Assembly: GCA_003022725.1 (NCBI GenBank)
Contig: PXSQ01000028.1
Coordinates: 5,123 to 69,122, forward strand
Length of the DNA: 64,000 bases
Origin: Halobacteriales archaeon SW_7_65_23
GTDB taxonomy: Archaea; Halobacteriota; Halobacteria; Halobacteriales; Haloarculaceae
Direction of reading: 5' to 3'
The number at the start of each line of letters is the position of its first letter. Position 1 is the stretch's first letter. Below the pieces are notes generated by a model. That model was not told where the DNA came from. It saw only the letters and a program-made list of their open reading frames with translations, and searched no databases. This document shows, one piece after another, positions 39,777 through 49,119 of the stretch. The translations under genes and the position numbers were made by a program.

Positions 39777-39974
39777 GTCGGGTCTCCCTACGTGCTGTGG
39801 CCGCAAAAACACTGGACACAGTTCGCCTGACGCCGCCATCCAGCCCCCAGCGACTGCCCGGGTATCCGGAGCTTTCCTGTCGTTTGCCACCCCGTCTACG
39901 ACTCGCGTGCGCGTCTCGCTTTCTCCCCGCTCCCGAACGGTTCCCTTCACAGATCCAGGTAGCGCTATACCATC

Positions 39975-40250
39975 TGGTATGTAAATAGATATTAAAAGTA
40001 TATATTTAGTACTATTTTTAAGTATGTTATAATTCATATATTTACTAAAATAGACATGATTGATGAACTGAAGGCAGCCCCTTCTTACTGGGAAAATACG
40101 TCCGACGGGGGGCGTTATAAACTGGTTACTCATCGATAGCGGAGTAACGAATCGACGGGAAAGCTATCCTATAACTCGGAATTCAGACACACCAAAAATA
40201 GTTTGATTTTTTATATGTTTAACAAACTTTTTATACGCAAGGTAGCTACT
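39975..40250. promoter_or_regulatory. Very AT-rich divergent intergenic region
   Basis: 39981-40053 is almost purely A/T; repeated atatattta; second AT tract at 40192-40236. Confidence 0.5.
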
Positions 40251-40264
40251 GCGGGGTAGTATAG

Positions 40265-40597
40265 ATGACCTGGAATGCGACGAACGTCCGGCGCGACACC
40301 TACGCACAGAACACGCCCCACCGGACCGAGCCCTACTATGTCACTCACGACTTCGACGGGCCGGCAACGCTCTCGACGACGCTGATTCACGCGATCTCGG
40401 AGGCGACGAACGTCGACGTCTCGAACGCCGAGGAGACGCTCTGCCATCAGGTAGATCCGCAGGCGATCGATCACCTGTTCCGGCCGGTCGAGAACGAGTC
40501 CCCACGGGCTCACGGTCACCTCTCGATCAGCGTTTGGGGTCACGACGTCACCGTCTACGGCGACGGGCGGATCATCATCTCGCCGCGGCCGCGGTAG
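40265..40597 (+). CDS. HalOD1 output-domain protein
   Basis: LSTTLIHAISEA...VDPQAIDHLF...VTVYGDGRI. Confidence 0.8.
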   Translation: MTWNATNVRRDTYAQNTPHRTEPYYVTHDFDGPATLSTTLIHAISEATNVDVSNAEETLCHQVDPQAIDHLFRPVENESPRAHGHLSISVWGHDVTVYGDGRIIISPRPR

Positions 40598-40683
40598 CAT
40601 CTCGGTTCGACTGTGACCGACAGGTTTTCAATCGACGCCTCGCCAGATTCTTGATTCATTTTTGTCTGAAATAGCTTCGGCGC

Positions 40684-40938
40684 TCACCCGTCGTCGCGGC
40701 CGTTCGTGAGGCGGTCGAGGCCGAGCGTCGCGAGCAGACAGACGCCGCCGACGTACAGCAGCGCCTGTGGTTCCGTGACGAGTCGCGAGACGATCGTGTT
40801 GCCGTAGCCGAGTGCGGCGCCCAGATATCCGAGCGTCGACGCCGTCCAGCCGAGGCCAGTGAACCCCGCCAGCTGTTCGAGTCTCCCGCGGTTCCGGTCC
40901 GATTCTTCTGTCGTCCACACGCGTTGTTTCAGGGACAT
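40684..40938 (-). CDS. Small 2-TM membrane protein
   Basis: 84 aa ORF with two hydrophobic segments. Confidence 0.6.
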   Translation of the reverse strand: MSLKQRVWTTEESDRNRGRLEQLAGFTGLGWTASTLGYLGAALGYGNTIVSRLVTEPQALLYVGGVCLLATLGLDRLTNGRDDG

Positions 40939-41046
40939 ATACCGGTAAGACGGTCTTACTCCCGGCGGGGATAAGGCCGTATTTCCGGAATGTGGTCGGG
41001 TAGGTACCAGTCGCTCTTCCCTGGTGACATCGTACGATCTAGTCAG

Positions 41047-42735
41047 TTACGTCAGGCCGCTGCGTTCGAGGTGAGCGTACAGCGCGGGGTGCAGCGGGCC
41101 GTTCGAGCCGAGCAGCGGTTTGCGATCGTCAGCGTCGAATCCGACGACGTAGGGGTCGTTGTCGTCGTCGGTGATCCGGGCGCCCGCCGCCCGCGCGATC
41201 ACGAGGCCGGCGGCGACGTCCCAGGGGTAGGTGTCGTACTCCCACAGCGCGTCGGCGCTGCCGCTGGCGAGATAACAGAGGTTCAGCGCCGCCGAGCCCA
41301 GCGACCGGACCCCGCGGGTCTCGTGGTAGTAGTGGGCGAGAAACTCCCCGTCGGGGTCGTAGCCCGTCAGCAGCATGCTCTCGTCGAGCTGGTCGCGGTC
41401 GGTCGTCGTAATGGGGACGCCGTCGGCGTATGCGTCACCGCCCTCGACGGCGTGGAAAATCTCGTCCGTTTCGGGGACGTAGACGACGCCCATCACGGGG
41501 GTGTCCTCTTCCAGCAGTGCGATCGACACCGCGTAGTTGGGGTTGCCGTGCATGAAGTTGCCCGTCCCGTCGACGGGGTCGATCACCCAGGTGTACGGCG
41601 CCGACCCCTCGACGTAGGCGGCTTCCTCCGAGAGGATGCTGTGGTCGGGGAACTCGTTTTCGATCACCGTCGTGATGATGCGGTTGGCGCGGTAGTCGGC
41701 CTCCGTCACGATGTCGGATTTGTCGGTCTTGTAGGTGACGTCCTCGACGCGGCCGTGCAGTTCCCGCAGGGGGTCGCCGGCGCTCCGGGCGGCCTCGATG
41801 GCGACGTCGCGGGCGTGTTTGCGGAGGCTCGGCTCCGCCGCCGGGCGGCTGTCGCGTTCGAGCAACTCGCGGGGGCCGTCGGACTCGTCGCGCAGCCCCC
41901 AGTTGAGCTTCTCCGTGAGCGCGGTCATGAACTGGTCGTCGTAGCTCGTCCGGACGACGTGAGCGCGCTGCTCGGCGCCGGTGATCCGGACGACGGACTC
42001 GTCGCCCAGCACCTTGTACGCGCGGCCGCCGTCGACCAGCAGGCTCGCCCGGCCGCGGGTGACGACCTCGAGTTCGGTGTCGGCGGCGACCACCATCGGC
42101 CGGACGCCCATGCTATGGGTGTGCAGCGGGACGACCTGGAGCGTGTGGTTGTCTGCCGGCAGGTGGACCGGCCCGCCCCCCGAGAGTGCGATCCCCGTCG
42201 ACCCCGTCGGCGTCGCCACGGCGATCCCCGTCCCCTCGTACTGGCCGACGTACTCGCCGTCGGCGAACACCTCCAGCCGGGTGACTTTCCGGCCGAACGG
42301 GTTCTCGGGGGGGACCCGCTGGAGCATCACGTCGTTGATCCCGGTCGCGTCGACGCCGGCCGCCTTGACGCGGACCTGCTGGCGGCTGTCGACGGTCGCC
42401 CGCCCGCACAGCACCTCGTCCATCGCCGCCGCCAGGTCGTCGACCTCGACCCTGGCGAGAAACGACATCGACCCGGCGTTGATGCCCAGCTGCGGGATCG
42501 AAAGCGGCGCGAACCGCTTGACCCCTTCCAGGAAGGTGCCGTCCCCGCCCAGCGTCACGCCGAGCGTCGGCGTCTCCGGCTCGTAGGCGTCCCCGATCTC
42601 GTCGTCGAGCGCCACGACCGACAGCGCGACCCCGGCGTCGTCGGCCCACGACCGCAGCCGCGACAGCGCCGCCTCACTGTCCGGACTCGCCACCGCGATC
42701 ACCTTCTCTGTGGTCGCCAGCCGCCGCCCGTGCAT
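41047..42735 (-). CDS. NAD kinase - inositol monophosphatase-family phosphatase fusion
   Basis: GGDGTFL, ND, ATPTGST (NADK); VTEAD, SEE, WVIDPVDGTGNF, RSLGSAAL, PWDVAAG (IMPase). Confidence 0.9.
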   Translation of the reverse strand: MHGRRLATTEKVIAVASPDSEAALSRLRSWADDAGVALSVVALDDEIGDAYEPETPTLGVTLGGDGTFLEGVKRFAPLSIPQLGINAGSMSFLARVEVDDLAAAMDEVLCGRATVDSRQQVRVKAAGVDATGINDVMLQRVPPENPFGRKVTRLEVFADGEYVGQYEGTGIAVATPTGSTGIALSGGGPVHLPADNHTLQVVPLHTHSMGVRPMVVAADTELEVVTRGRASLLVDGGRAYKVLGDESVVRITGAEQRAHVVRTSYDDQFMTALTEKLNWGLRDESDGPRELLERDSRPAAEPSLRKHARDVAIEAARSAGDPLRELHGRVEDVTYKTDKSDIVTEADYRANRIITTVIENEFPDHSILSEEAAYVEGSAPYTWVIDPVDGTGNFMHGNPNYAVSIALLEEDTPVMGVVYVPETDEIFHAVEGGDAYADGVPITTTDRDQLDESMLLTGYDPDGEFLAHYYHETRGVRSLGSAALNLCYLASGSADALWEYDTYPWDVAAGLVIARAAGARITDDDNDPYVVGFDADDRKPLLGSNGPLHPALYAHLERSGLT

Positions 42736-42836
42736 TCACGTTGTCCTGGGACCGAGACACGGATAACCGTTTCCTCGTACGACCCGGCTGCGTGGTGTGT
42801 CTGCCCCCCTGCACGGTCCCCTGCGCGCCGCAATTA

Positions 42837-42851
42837 TTACAGCCACCAGTA
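42837..42851. mobile_element. Solo subfamily A TIR
   Basis: ttacagccaccagta followed by tca. Confidence 0.6.
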
Positions 42852-42901
42852 TCACTGCAGGAAGCGAAAAGACTGTCCGTGTTTGCCGACATGGTTCGGG
42901 T

Positions 42902-43274
42902 ATGGCAGTGATCGACATCGCGCGGACGAGCGTCGTCACGGCGGCGCCCGACGCGACCCTGACCGACCGACCGGGACCTGGCGATGGCTGTCATCGACGA
43001 GGGTCGCGACGCGGCCGAGACGGCGGTCGGCGACGTGCTGCCCGAGGACCTGGTCACCGTCGACGCCGACGCCGGGGTGTACGACCTGTTCGAACTGTTC
43101 TCCGAGCAGGGCGTCCGCCGGGTCCCCGTCGTCGAGGACGGCGACCTCGCGGGGATCGTCTCGCTGAGCGATCTCGTCGTGTTGCTCGGTATGGAGCTCC
43201 AGCACCTCGCGACGGCCGTCCGCAGCTCCGCACCGGCGTACGAACGGCCCGGCCCCGACTACTACCGCGGGTGA
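42902..43274 (+). pseudogene. CBS-pair protein with an internal deletion/frameshift at ~42965
   Basis: MAVIDIARTSVVTAAPDATLTD jumps to DRDLAMAV in another frame; junction gaccgaccgaccgg shows microhomology; second CBS domain intact. Confidence 0.75.
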
Positions 43275-43509
43275 CCCTCTCCCCGAACGTCGGTCGGCTG
43301 TAACAGGCACCGATCGCTGACAGCGGATCCCGATCGAGAACAGCGAGCTCCAGTCACCAGTAGCGCCCTTCTCCCGGCATCGTATAGTGGCGCCACCGGT
43401 GGCTCGTCACGTTCGTGTTTCTATTCCACAATAATCCTTGGGGCATCCCGAACGTGTCATCGAACCACCCGGAAACCTTTTGGAGTCGCTCTCCACTAGT
43501 GGCTAGAAG

Positions 43510-44109
43510 ATGAGTGGTACCGAGCCTCCGACAGTGCTGGTCGTCGACGACGAACCCCATGTCGCAGACGCCTACGCGGCCCAGCTAGAGAGCGAGTTCA
43601 TCGTCTCGACGGCGTACAGCGGCCAGGAGGCGCTGGACAAGCTCGACGCATCCGTCGACATCGTGTTGCTGGATCGGCGGATGCCCGGCATCTCCGGCGA
43701 CAAAGTGCTCGCTAAGATCCGCGAGCGGGACCTGCAGGTCCGCGTGGCGATGGTGACCGCCGTGGACCCGGACTTCGACATCATCGAGATGCCGTTTGAC
43801 GACTACGTGATCAAGCCGGTCTCCCGCGACGACCTCTTCGAGACGATCAACCGGCTGCTCACCTGCTCGGAGTACGAGGACCAGCTCCGGCGCTACTACG
43901 CCCTCACGGCGAAGCACGCAACCTTGCTGGCGAACAAGCTCGAGTCCGAGCTGGCCGACAGCGAACGGTTCCAGCGCCTCGAGGAGGAGATGCACGAGAC
44001 CCGCGAAACCCTCGATCAGACGGTCGCGTCGTTCGACGACGCGGACTTCGTCGCGGCGTTTCGGGACCTCGACGAGGATCTCAACGTCCCCAGCGCCGCC
44101 GAGGAGTGA
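43510..44109 (+). CDS. Response regulator with HalX domain
   Basis: VLVVDDE, LLDRRMPG, VTAVDPDFDIIEMPFDDYVIKP. Confidence 0.88.
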   Translation: MSGTEPPTVLVVDDEPHVADAYAAQLESEFIVSTAYSGQEALDKLDASVDIVLLDRRMPGISGDKVLAKIRERDLQVRVAMVTAVDPDFDIIEMPFDDYVIKPVSRDDLFETINRLLTCSEYEDQLRRYYALTAKHATLLANKLESELADSERFQRLEEEMHETRETLDQTVASFDDADFVAAFRDLDEDLNVPSAAEE

Positions 44110-44118
44110 CGGACGTCA

Positions 44119-44189
44119 TACTGGTGGCTGTACGCACGTGAGGACTCGAATTGAGAATCCAGGCGGAACGGGTCTGTCTCCGCAGATAG
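44119..44189. mobile_element. MITE-like subfamily A, partial
   Basis: tca + tactggtggctgtac...cgcagatag, matching the 13215 copy. Confidence 0.8.
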
Positions 44190-44283
44190 ACAGCCAGACG
44201 TGATTCAGGTACGCCATGCCGTCCCAACTCCCGTTGTTCGGGCCATCTTGTATATACGTGCACTGCCCTAGCAGCGAGATACG

Positions 44284-44511
44284 ATGAGCAACAAACCGAT
44301 CCTGTACACGCTGATCGCCGCGGGGCTATTCGTGACGGTGTCCACCCCGATAGCGTTCATCGTCGGGGTGTTCGTCATCTACGCGGCAAGCTCGATAACT
44401 GCCGGCATCATCGCCGGTGCCCTGACGACCGTCGTGTTCGTCTCCTGGGCGTCGTACGCGATCTACAACTGGACGTCACAGCAGGAACGAGCCAAGGCGT
44501 CGGCGGCCTGA
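44284..44511 (+). CDS. Small 2-TM membrane protein
   Basis: 75 aa hydrophobic ORF; TATA-like tatata upstream. Confidence 0.65.
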   Translation: MSNKPILYTLIAAGLFVTVSTPIAFIVGVFVIYAASSITAGIIAGALTTVVFVSWASYAIYNWTSQQERAKASAA

Positions 44512-44620
44512 TAGTGATTGTTGTGACTCTTTACCGTCGGGTATTCCTCAGACGCCAGTTTCGGGCCGTGAAACCGCCGCTATTGCGACATGGTGCCGAA
44601 AATAATCACAACAATCACTA
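44512..44620. mobile_element. MITE-like subfamily B, 109 bp, inserted at the TGA stop of the upstream gene
   Basis: Perfect TIR tagtgattgttgtga / tcacaacaatcacta; tga on both sides. Confidence 0.85.
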
Positions 44621-44786
44621 TGAGACGGACCACTACGCTCTTTTCGGTCCCGTCTGGCGGTCAGTTCGCGACTTGCGACAGGATGAACAGTACCCTGCCG
44701 AACTGGGAAACGACCAGACCGATTCGAGACGAGCATCGAGCCCATCGGCGTCGCGTCAGTCGAGGGTGCCGACGGGCTGTTCCTGA

Positions 44787-44830
44787 TACTGGTGGCTGTA
44801 GTCCTTTTACTCACCAGTCTCTGCTATCTG
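44787..44830. mobile_element. MITE-like subfamily A, partial
   Basis: tga + tactggtggctgtagtccttttactcaccagtctctgctatctg. Confidence 0.75.
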
Positions 44831-44876
44831 AGGCTCGGGCCGTTCGTCACCGACCGCTACGAGTAGGAGAGCTTCA

Positions 44877-44984
44877 TACTGTCGGACGTAACTCTGTGTC
44901 ACATCGTGACACTCTCCTGGCTGTATTCGCACTGTTGAACGGCTGAACGTGACGCGTGACTCCACGAAATTACGTCCGACAGTA
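44877..44984. mobile_element. MITE-like subfamily C, 108 bp, inserted at the stop codon of the aldo/keto reductase
   Basis: Perfect TIR tactgtcggacgtaa / ttacgtccgacagta; tca flanks; the right tca is the TGA stop on the minus strand. Confidence 0.85.
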
Positions 44985-45797
44985 TCAGGACAGCCGTACG
45001 TACTGCTCGTCGGTGAGTTCGATCCCCGAGGCCGCGACGTTTTCTTCGAGGTGCTCGACGCTGGACGTGCCCGGGATCGGCAGCGTCACGTCGCAGTGTT
45101 CGAGCAGCCAGGCGATCGCGATCTGTCGGCGGGTCGCGTCGTGGGCGGCCGCGACGTCGTTGCCGGCACCCAGGGGGTACCAGGGGATGAAGCCGATGCC
45201 GTACTCCTCGCAGGTCTGGAGGATGTCCTCGTCGTCACGGTGGGCGACGTTGTAGCGGTTCTGGACCGTCGCCACCTCGACGTGGTCGCGGGCAGTCTCC
45301 AGCTGCTCGACGCTGACGTTCGAGAGGCCGACGTGGTCGACGAACCCCTCGTCTTTGCATTCGGCGAACGCCGCGACGCTCTCCTCGAAGGGGGTGTCGG
45401 GGTCGGGGCGGTGGAACTGATAGAGGTCGATCGGGTCGACGCCGAGGCGGTCGCGGCTGACAAGCACCTGGTTGCGGATGTAGTCCGGGTCGCCGTGGGC
45501 GAGCCACTGGCCGTCGGCGCTGCGCAGTAGGCCGGCTTTCGTTGCGACGACGGTCTCGTCAGGGTCGAGCGTTTCCCCGAGCAGCCGCTCGCTCACCCCT
45601 GGGCCGTAGGAGTCGGCCGTGTCAATGAAATCCACGCCGAGGTCGACGGCGCGGCGGACGACCTCGCGGGCGCGCTCCTCGTCGTCCGGCCGGCCGATGA
45701 TGTCCTCGCCGGTGATGCGCATTGCGCCGTAGCCGAGGCGGTTGACGGTGAGGTCGCCGCCGATGTCGAACGTGTCGCTGTCGTTGTGGATCGCCAT
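44985..45797 (-). CDS. Aldo/keto reductase (possibly with a short in-frame deletion after PLGAG)
   Basis: LGYGAMR, IDTADSYG, ATKAG, DLYQFHRPD, GLSN, IPGTSS..HLEEN. Confidence 0.9.
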   Translation of the reverse strand: MAIHNDSDTFDIGGDLTVNRLGYGAMRITGEDIIGRPDDEERAREVVRRAVDLGVDFIDTADSYGPGVSERLLGETLDPDETVVATKAGLLRSADGQWLAHGDPDYIRNQVLVSRDRLGVDPIDLYQFHRPDPDTPFEESVAAFAECKDEGFVDHVGLSNVSVEQLETARDHVEVATVQNRYNVAHRDDEDILQTCEEYGIGFIPWYPLGAGNDVAAAHDATRRQIAIAWLLEHCDVTLPIPGTSSVEHLEENVAASGIELTDEQYVRLS

Positions 45798-46074
45798 AGG
45801 CTGTCACAGGGCGGCAGCTGGAAAAACGCACCGCTGGGTCTCTCCGGATGCCGTTTCCGCCCCGCGTACCGCATCCTCCGGGACGATCCCGTTCCTGGTC
45901 GAGGACGCCTCCGGAAGCGTGCGGGTGGACCCGCGCGGCGCCTGCACGCCGGCGAGACTGCGCGCGTGTACGGCAGCGTCGGGCCGGCGGCAGTTGGCGA
46001 GTGGGGGAGCGGGCTGTGAATGCGCGAGGACACAGTGCGAAAGGCGTTAGTGGCTGCCAGTTGGCAGATGCTGT

Positions 46075-47037
46075 ATGGCCGGCAGCAAGAGCGTCGTCAT
46101 CGCAGCGATGATCGCGAACGGGGGTATCGCGGTGCTGAAGTTCTTCGGCTTCCTGCTGACCGGGAGCCCGTCGATGCTCGCGGAGACGTACCACTCCATC
46201 TCCGATACGGGCAACCAGGTGCTGTTGCTGGTCGGGATCAAGTACAGCGAGCGGTCCGCCTCGGGGATCCACCCGTTCGGCTACGGGAAGGCGCAGTTTT
46301 TCTTCGCCTTCCTGGTGTCGGTGCTGCTGTTCGGGGTCGCCGGCTGGGAGAGCCTCAACCACGGCATCGAGGAGCTCCGGCACGGCGGCCACGAGACGGA
46401 GACGGGCGCGGCGGAGTTCCTCGGGTTCACGATCGACATCGCCCTACCGGTCGACGCGTTCTGGATCGTCGTCGCGATCCTGCTGGGTGCGATCGCGTTC
46501 GAGGTGTACGCATTCGTGAAGGCCCGTGCGGAACTCAAACGGCAGATGGCGGAGTACGGCTGGTCGGGCTACCGCGAGACGTTCGACAAGACCAGCGACA
46601 TCACGACGCTGACGGCCTTTACCGAGGATACCATCGCGCTTTTGGGGCTGCTGGTCGCGCTCGTCGGGGTGGTCGCCAGCGAGGTGACGGGCAACCCCGT
46701 TTACGACTCCGCCGGCGCGGTCGTGATCGGCATCCTGCTGATGCTGTTCGCGGTGCTTTTGGCCTGGGAAAACAAGCGGCTCATCCTCGGCGAGAGCCTG
46801 CCCGGCGACGTGGAGATAAATCTCAAGGACGCGGTCACGTCCCACGACGGGATCGAATACGTCGACGACTTCCGGTCGATGTTCATCGGCGCGGGGAAGG
46901 TGCTCGTGACTGCCGACGTGAGCTTCGACCCGGGGCTCGGGACCGAAGAGATCGACGAGAACATCCAGCAGATCGAGGGGAAACTCGAGGAGATCGACGG
47001 CCGCGTGAAGCTGGTGTACATCGAACCCGAGGTGTGA
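46075..47037 (+). CDS. Cation diffusion facilitator transporter
   Basis: MLAETYHSISDTGNQ, HPFGYGK, FTEDTIAL. Confidence 0.88.
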   Translation: MAGSKSVVIAAMIANGGIAVLKFFGFLLTGSPSMLAETYHSISDTGNQVLLLVGIKYSERSASGIHPFGYGKAQFFFAFLVSVLLFGVAGWESLNHGIEELRHGGHETETGAAEFLGFTIDIALPVDAFWIVVAILLGAIAFEVYAFVKARAELKRQMAEYGWSGYRETFDKTSDITTLTAFTEDTIALLGLLVALVGVVASEVTGNPVYDSAGAVVIGILLMLFAVLLAWENKRLILGESLPGDVEINLKDAVTSHDGIEYVDDFRSMFIGAGKVLVTADVSFDPGLGTEEIDENIQQIEGKLEEIDGRVKLVYIEPEV

Positions 47038-47205
47038 GCAATTTCACCTCCAAGAGTTCTCGCCGAGAACGGCATCTCAACGCCGGCGCGGTCCAGTTCG
47101 CACTCATTCCCCCGTCGGTGTTGCCTGGGTGGGCATCCCCACCACCGTTTCGTTTGCGTACCGACACGCCACCGCACGGGCGGCCCAACCTCCGCCGGGC
47201 CGTCA

Positions 47206-47313
47206 TACTGGTGGCTGTAATTCTTTTACTCACCAGTCTCTGCTATCTGCGGAGACAGACCCGTTCCGCCTGAATTCTCAGTTCGAGTTTTCACGTACGT
47301 ACAGCCACCAGTA
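47206..47313. mobile_element. MITE-like subfamily A, 108 bp, complete (opposite orientation to the 13215 copy)
   Basis: TIRs tactggtggctgta / tacagccaccagta; tca flanks. Confidence 0.85.
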
Positions 47314-47348
47314 TCAGCACCCGTCGCTACGGACCCGGAGCTGCCGTG

Positions 47349-47858
47349 CTAGCTGTCGACCTCGCCGATCGCACGCTCGCGCAGCCGGCCGGTCATCTGC
47401 AGGCCGTGGTGGTCGGTCCGGCGGATCACCCGCTTGGCCTGCGTAGTCGAGAAGTACTTGTCCCCGACCGACGCCCGGATGACGGCACCGAACGTGCCGC
47501 TGACGGTGGCGTCCAGCCCCTCGGCGACCGCCCGGAGCTGCCGGTCGTCCGACAGCAGCGCCGCCTCCTCGCTCCGGTCCCGCGCGGCGAGCAGCCCGGC
47601 GACGATGAACACGTCGCTGGTGCGCTCGCTCGCGTCCAGCAGCGCCGCCGCGTCGTCGAGCCAGTTGTTGACGTCCGGCGCCGTCTCGACGGCGTGCTCC
47701 TCAAGAAAGCGCGCCAGGTTCGTCGCCGCCGGCTCGATCGTAATCTCATCGATCACGGCTTCGGGGATCACCAGCGTCGCGTCGAGTGCGCCGAGCAGGT
47801 CGAGGTCGCCGACCTGGCCGAGGTTGTACAGCGGCGTCGCGTCGACGAACACCCGCAT
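47349..47858 (-). CDS. PIN-domain protein (DUF3368-like toxin)
   Basis: VFVDATPL, IPEAVIDEI, LLSDD, GTFG. Confidence 0.8.
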   Translation of the reverse strand: MRVFVDATPLYNLGQVGDLDLLGALDATLVIPEAVIDEITIEPAATNLARFLEEHAVETAPDVNNWLDDAAALLDASERTSDVFIVAGLLAARDRSEEAALLSDDRQLRAVAEGLDATVSGTFGAVIRASVGDKYFSTTQAKRVIRRTDHHGLQMTGRLRERAIGEVDS

Positions 47859-48161
47859 CTACAGCTCACCTGCGCGCTCGGCGTCGAACGCGAGATCCGT
47901 CTCCGACAGCTGTGTGGTCAGCCCGCGGTCCTGGGCGATCTCCAGCCACTCCGCGATGGAGACGCCGGCCAGCCGCGCCGCCTCGTTGACCGACACGTCG
48001 CCGCTCCCGTAGCGCTCGACCGCGTGGCGCGTCCGCAGCGTCTCGACGCCCTCCCTGATCGCCTGCCGCATCGTCGTACTCCGGTCCTGCTCCAGCAGGG
48101 CGGCCACCTCGTCTAGCTCGTCCCGTTCCGTTTCGTCCAGCCGCACGCTCACTGTCGGCAT
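47859..48161 (-). CDS. UPF0175-family antitoxin-like protein
   Basis: RHH-like MPTVSVRL; AVERYGSGDVSVNEAARLAGVS; abuts the PIN gene. Confidence 0.8.
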   Translation of the reverse strand: MPTVSVRLDETERDELDEVAALLEQDRSTTMRQAIREGVETLRTRHAVERYGSGDVSVNEAARLAGVSIAEWLEIAQDRGLTTQLSETDLAFDAERAGEL

Positions 48162-48274
48162 GTATACGACGCAACTCAATGTAAACGCACATTAAACTAT
48201 GGGTCCCAACCCGGCTTCGACCGGCGCTCACCCGGATCCACACGCTCATTAGACTGGCCACGTGAAAGGGAGAT

Positions 48275-49111
48275 ATGGCAGACGTGGCACAGGCGTTCGT
48301 CCCGGGTCACGTGACGGGGTTTTTCACTACCGACCCTGATCCGGACCCCACGAAAGCGGGGTCGCGGGGCGCCGGAATCGCGCTGTCTGCCGGCGTCACT
48401 GTGACCGTCCGGCCGGCGTCGGAGGCGCGGGTGGTCCTCAATGGCGAGGAGCTCCGGATGGAAGCCGTCGAGCGGACGCTGCGCGCGCTCGAACTGCGGG
48501 CGGAGGTCCGCGGCGTGACCGACCTCCCGCTGGGGGCGGGCTTCGGCGTCTCCGGCGCGATGGCGCTCGGCAGCGCGCTCGCGGCCAACGCCGCCTTCGA
48601 CCGCCGGCTCTCGGAGAACGAACTCGTCACTATCGCCCACGGCGCGGAGGTCGAGGCTGGGACGGGTCTGGGCGACGTCGTTGCGCAGGCCCGCGGCGGG
48701 GTCCCGATCCGGCTCGAACCCGGCGGTCCACAGGACAACCTGCTCGACGGCATCCCGGCACAGGAGCGCGTCGAGTACCACGTCATCGGCGAGCTCTCGA
48801 CCGACGACGTTCTCACCGGCGACACTGACGCGATCACCGAGGCCGGCAAGACGGCGCTCTCGTCGGTCGTCGGCGAGCCGACGATGGCGGGGTTCATGGC
48901 GGCTTCGCGTCGCTTCTCGCGCGAGTCTGCGCTCCTGACGCCGGCCGTCAAGCGCGTGATTTCCGACGTCACCGAGGCCGGCGGCACGGCGGCGATGGCG
49001 ATGCTCGGCGAGACTGTCATCGCGCTCGGAACAGGGCTCTCCGACACGGGCTACGAACCCGACGCCTGTCGGATCCATCAGGCGGGTGCGACGATCCAGC
49101 CGCTGGAGTGA
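48275..49111 (+). CDS. Pantoate kinase (GHMP family)
   Basis: FVPGHVTGFF, GSRGAG, LPLGAGFGVSGA, GTGLGDV, MAMLGET. Confidence 0.9.
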   Translation: MADVAQAFVPGHVTGFFTTDPDPDPTKAGSRGAGIALSAGVTVTVRPASEARVVLNGEELRMEAVERTLRALELRAEVRGVTDLPLGAGFGVSGAMALGSALAANAAFDRRLSENELVTIAHGAEVEAGTGLGDVVAQARGGVPIRLEPGGPQDNLLDGIPAQERVEYHVIGELSTDDVLTGDTDAITEAGKTALSSVVGEPTMAGFMAASRRFSRESALLTPAVKRVISDVTEAGGTAAMAMLGETVIALGTGLSDTGYEPDACRIHQAGATIQPLE

Positions 49112-49119
49112 GCGAACCC

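Noticed and set aside
39975-40250. Replication origin
   Set aside because: No adjacent orc1/cdc6 gene and no recognisable ORB repeats with G-strings
47349-48161. PIN/UPF0175 pair as a novel defence system
   Set aside because: Ordinary two-gene toxin-antitoxin-like module, common in archaea
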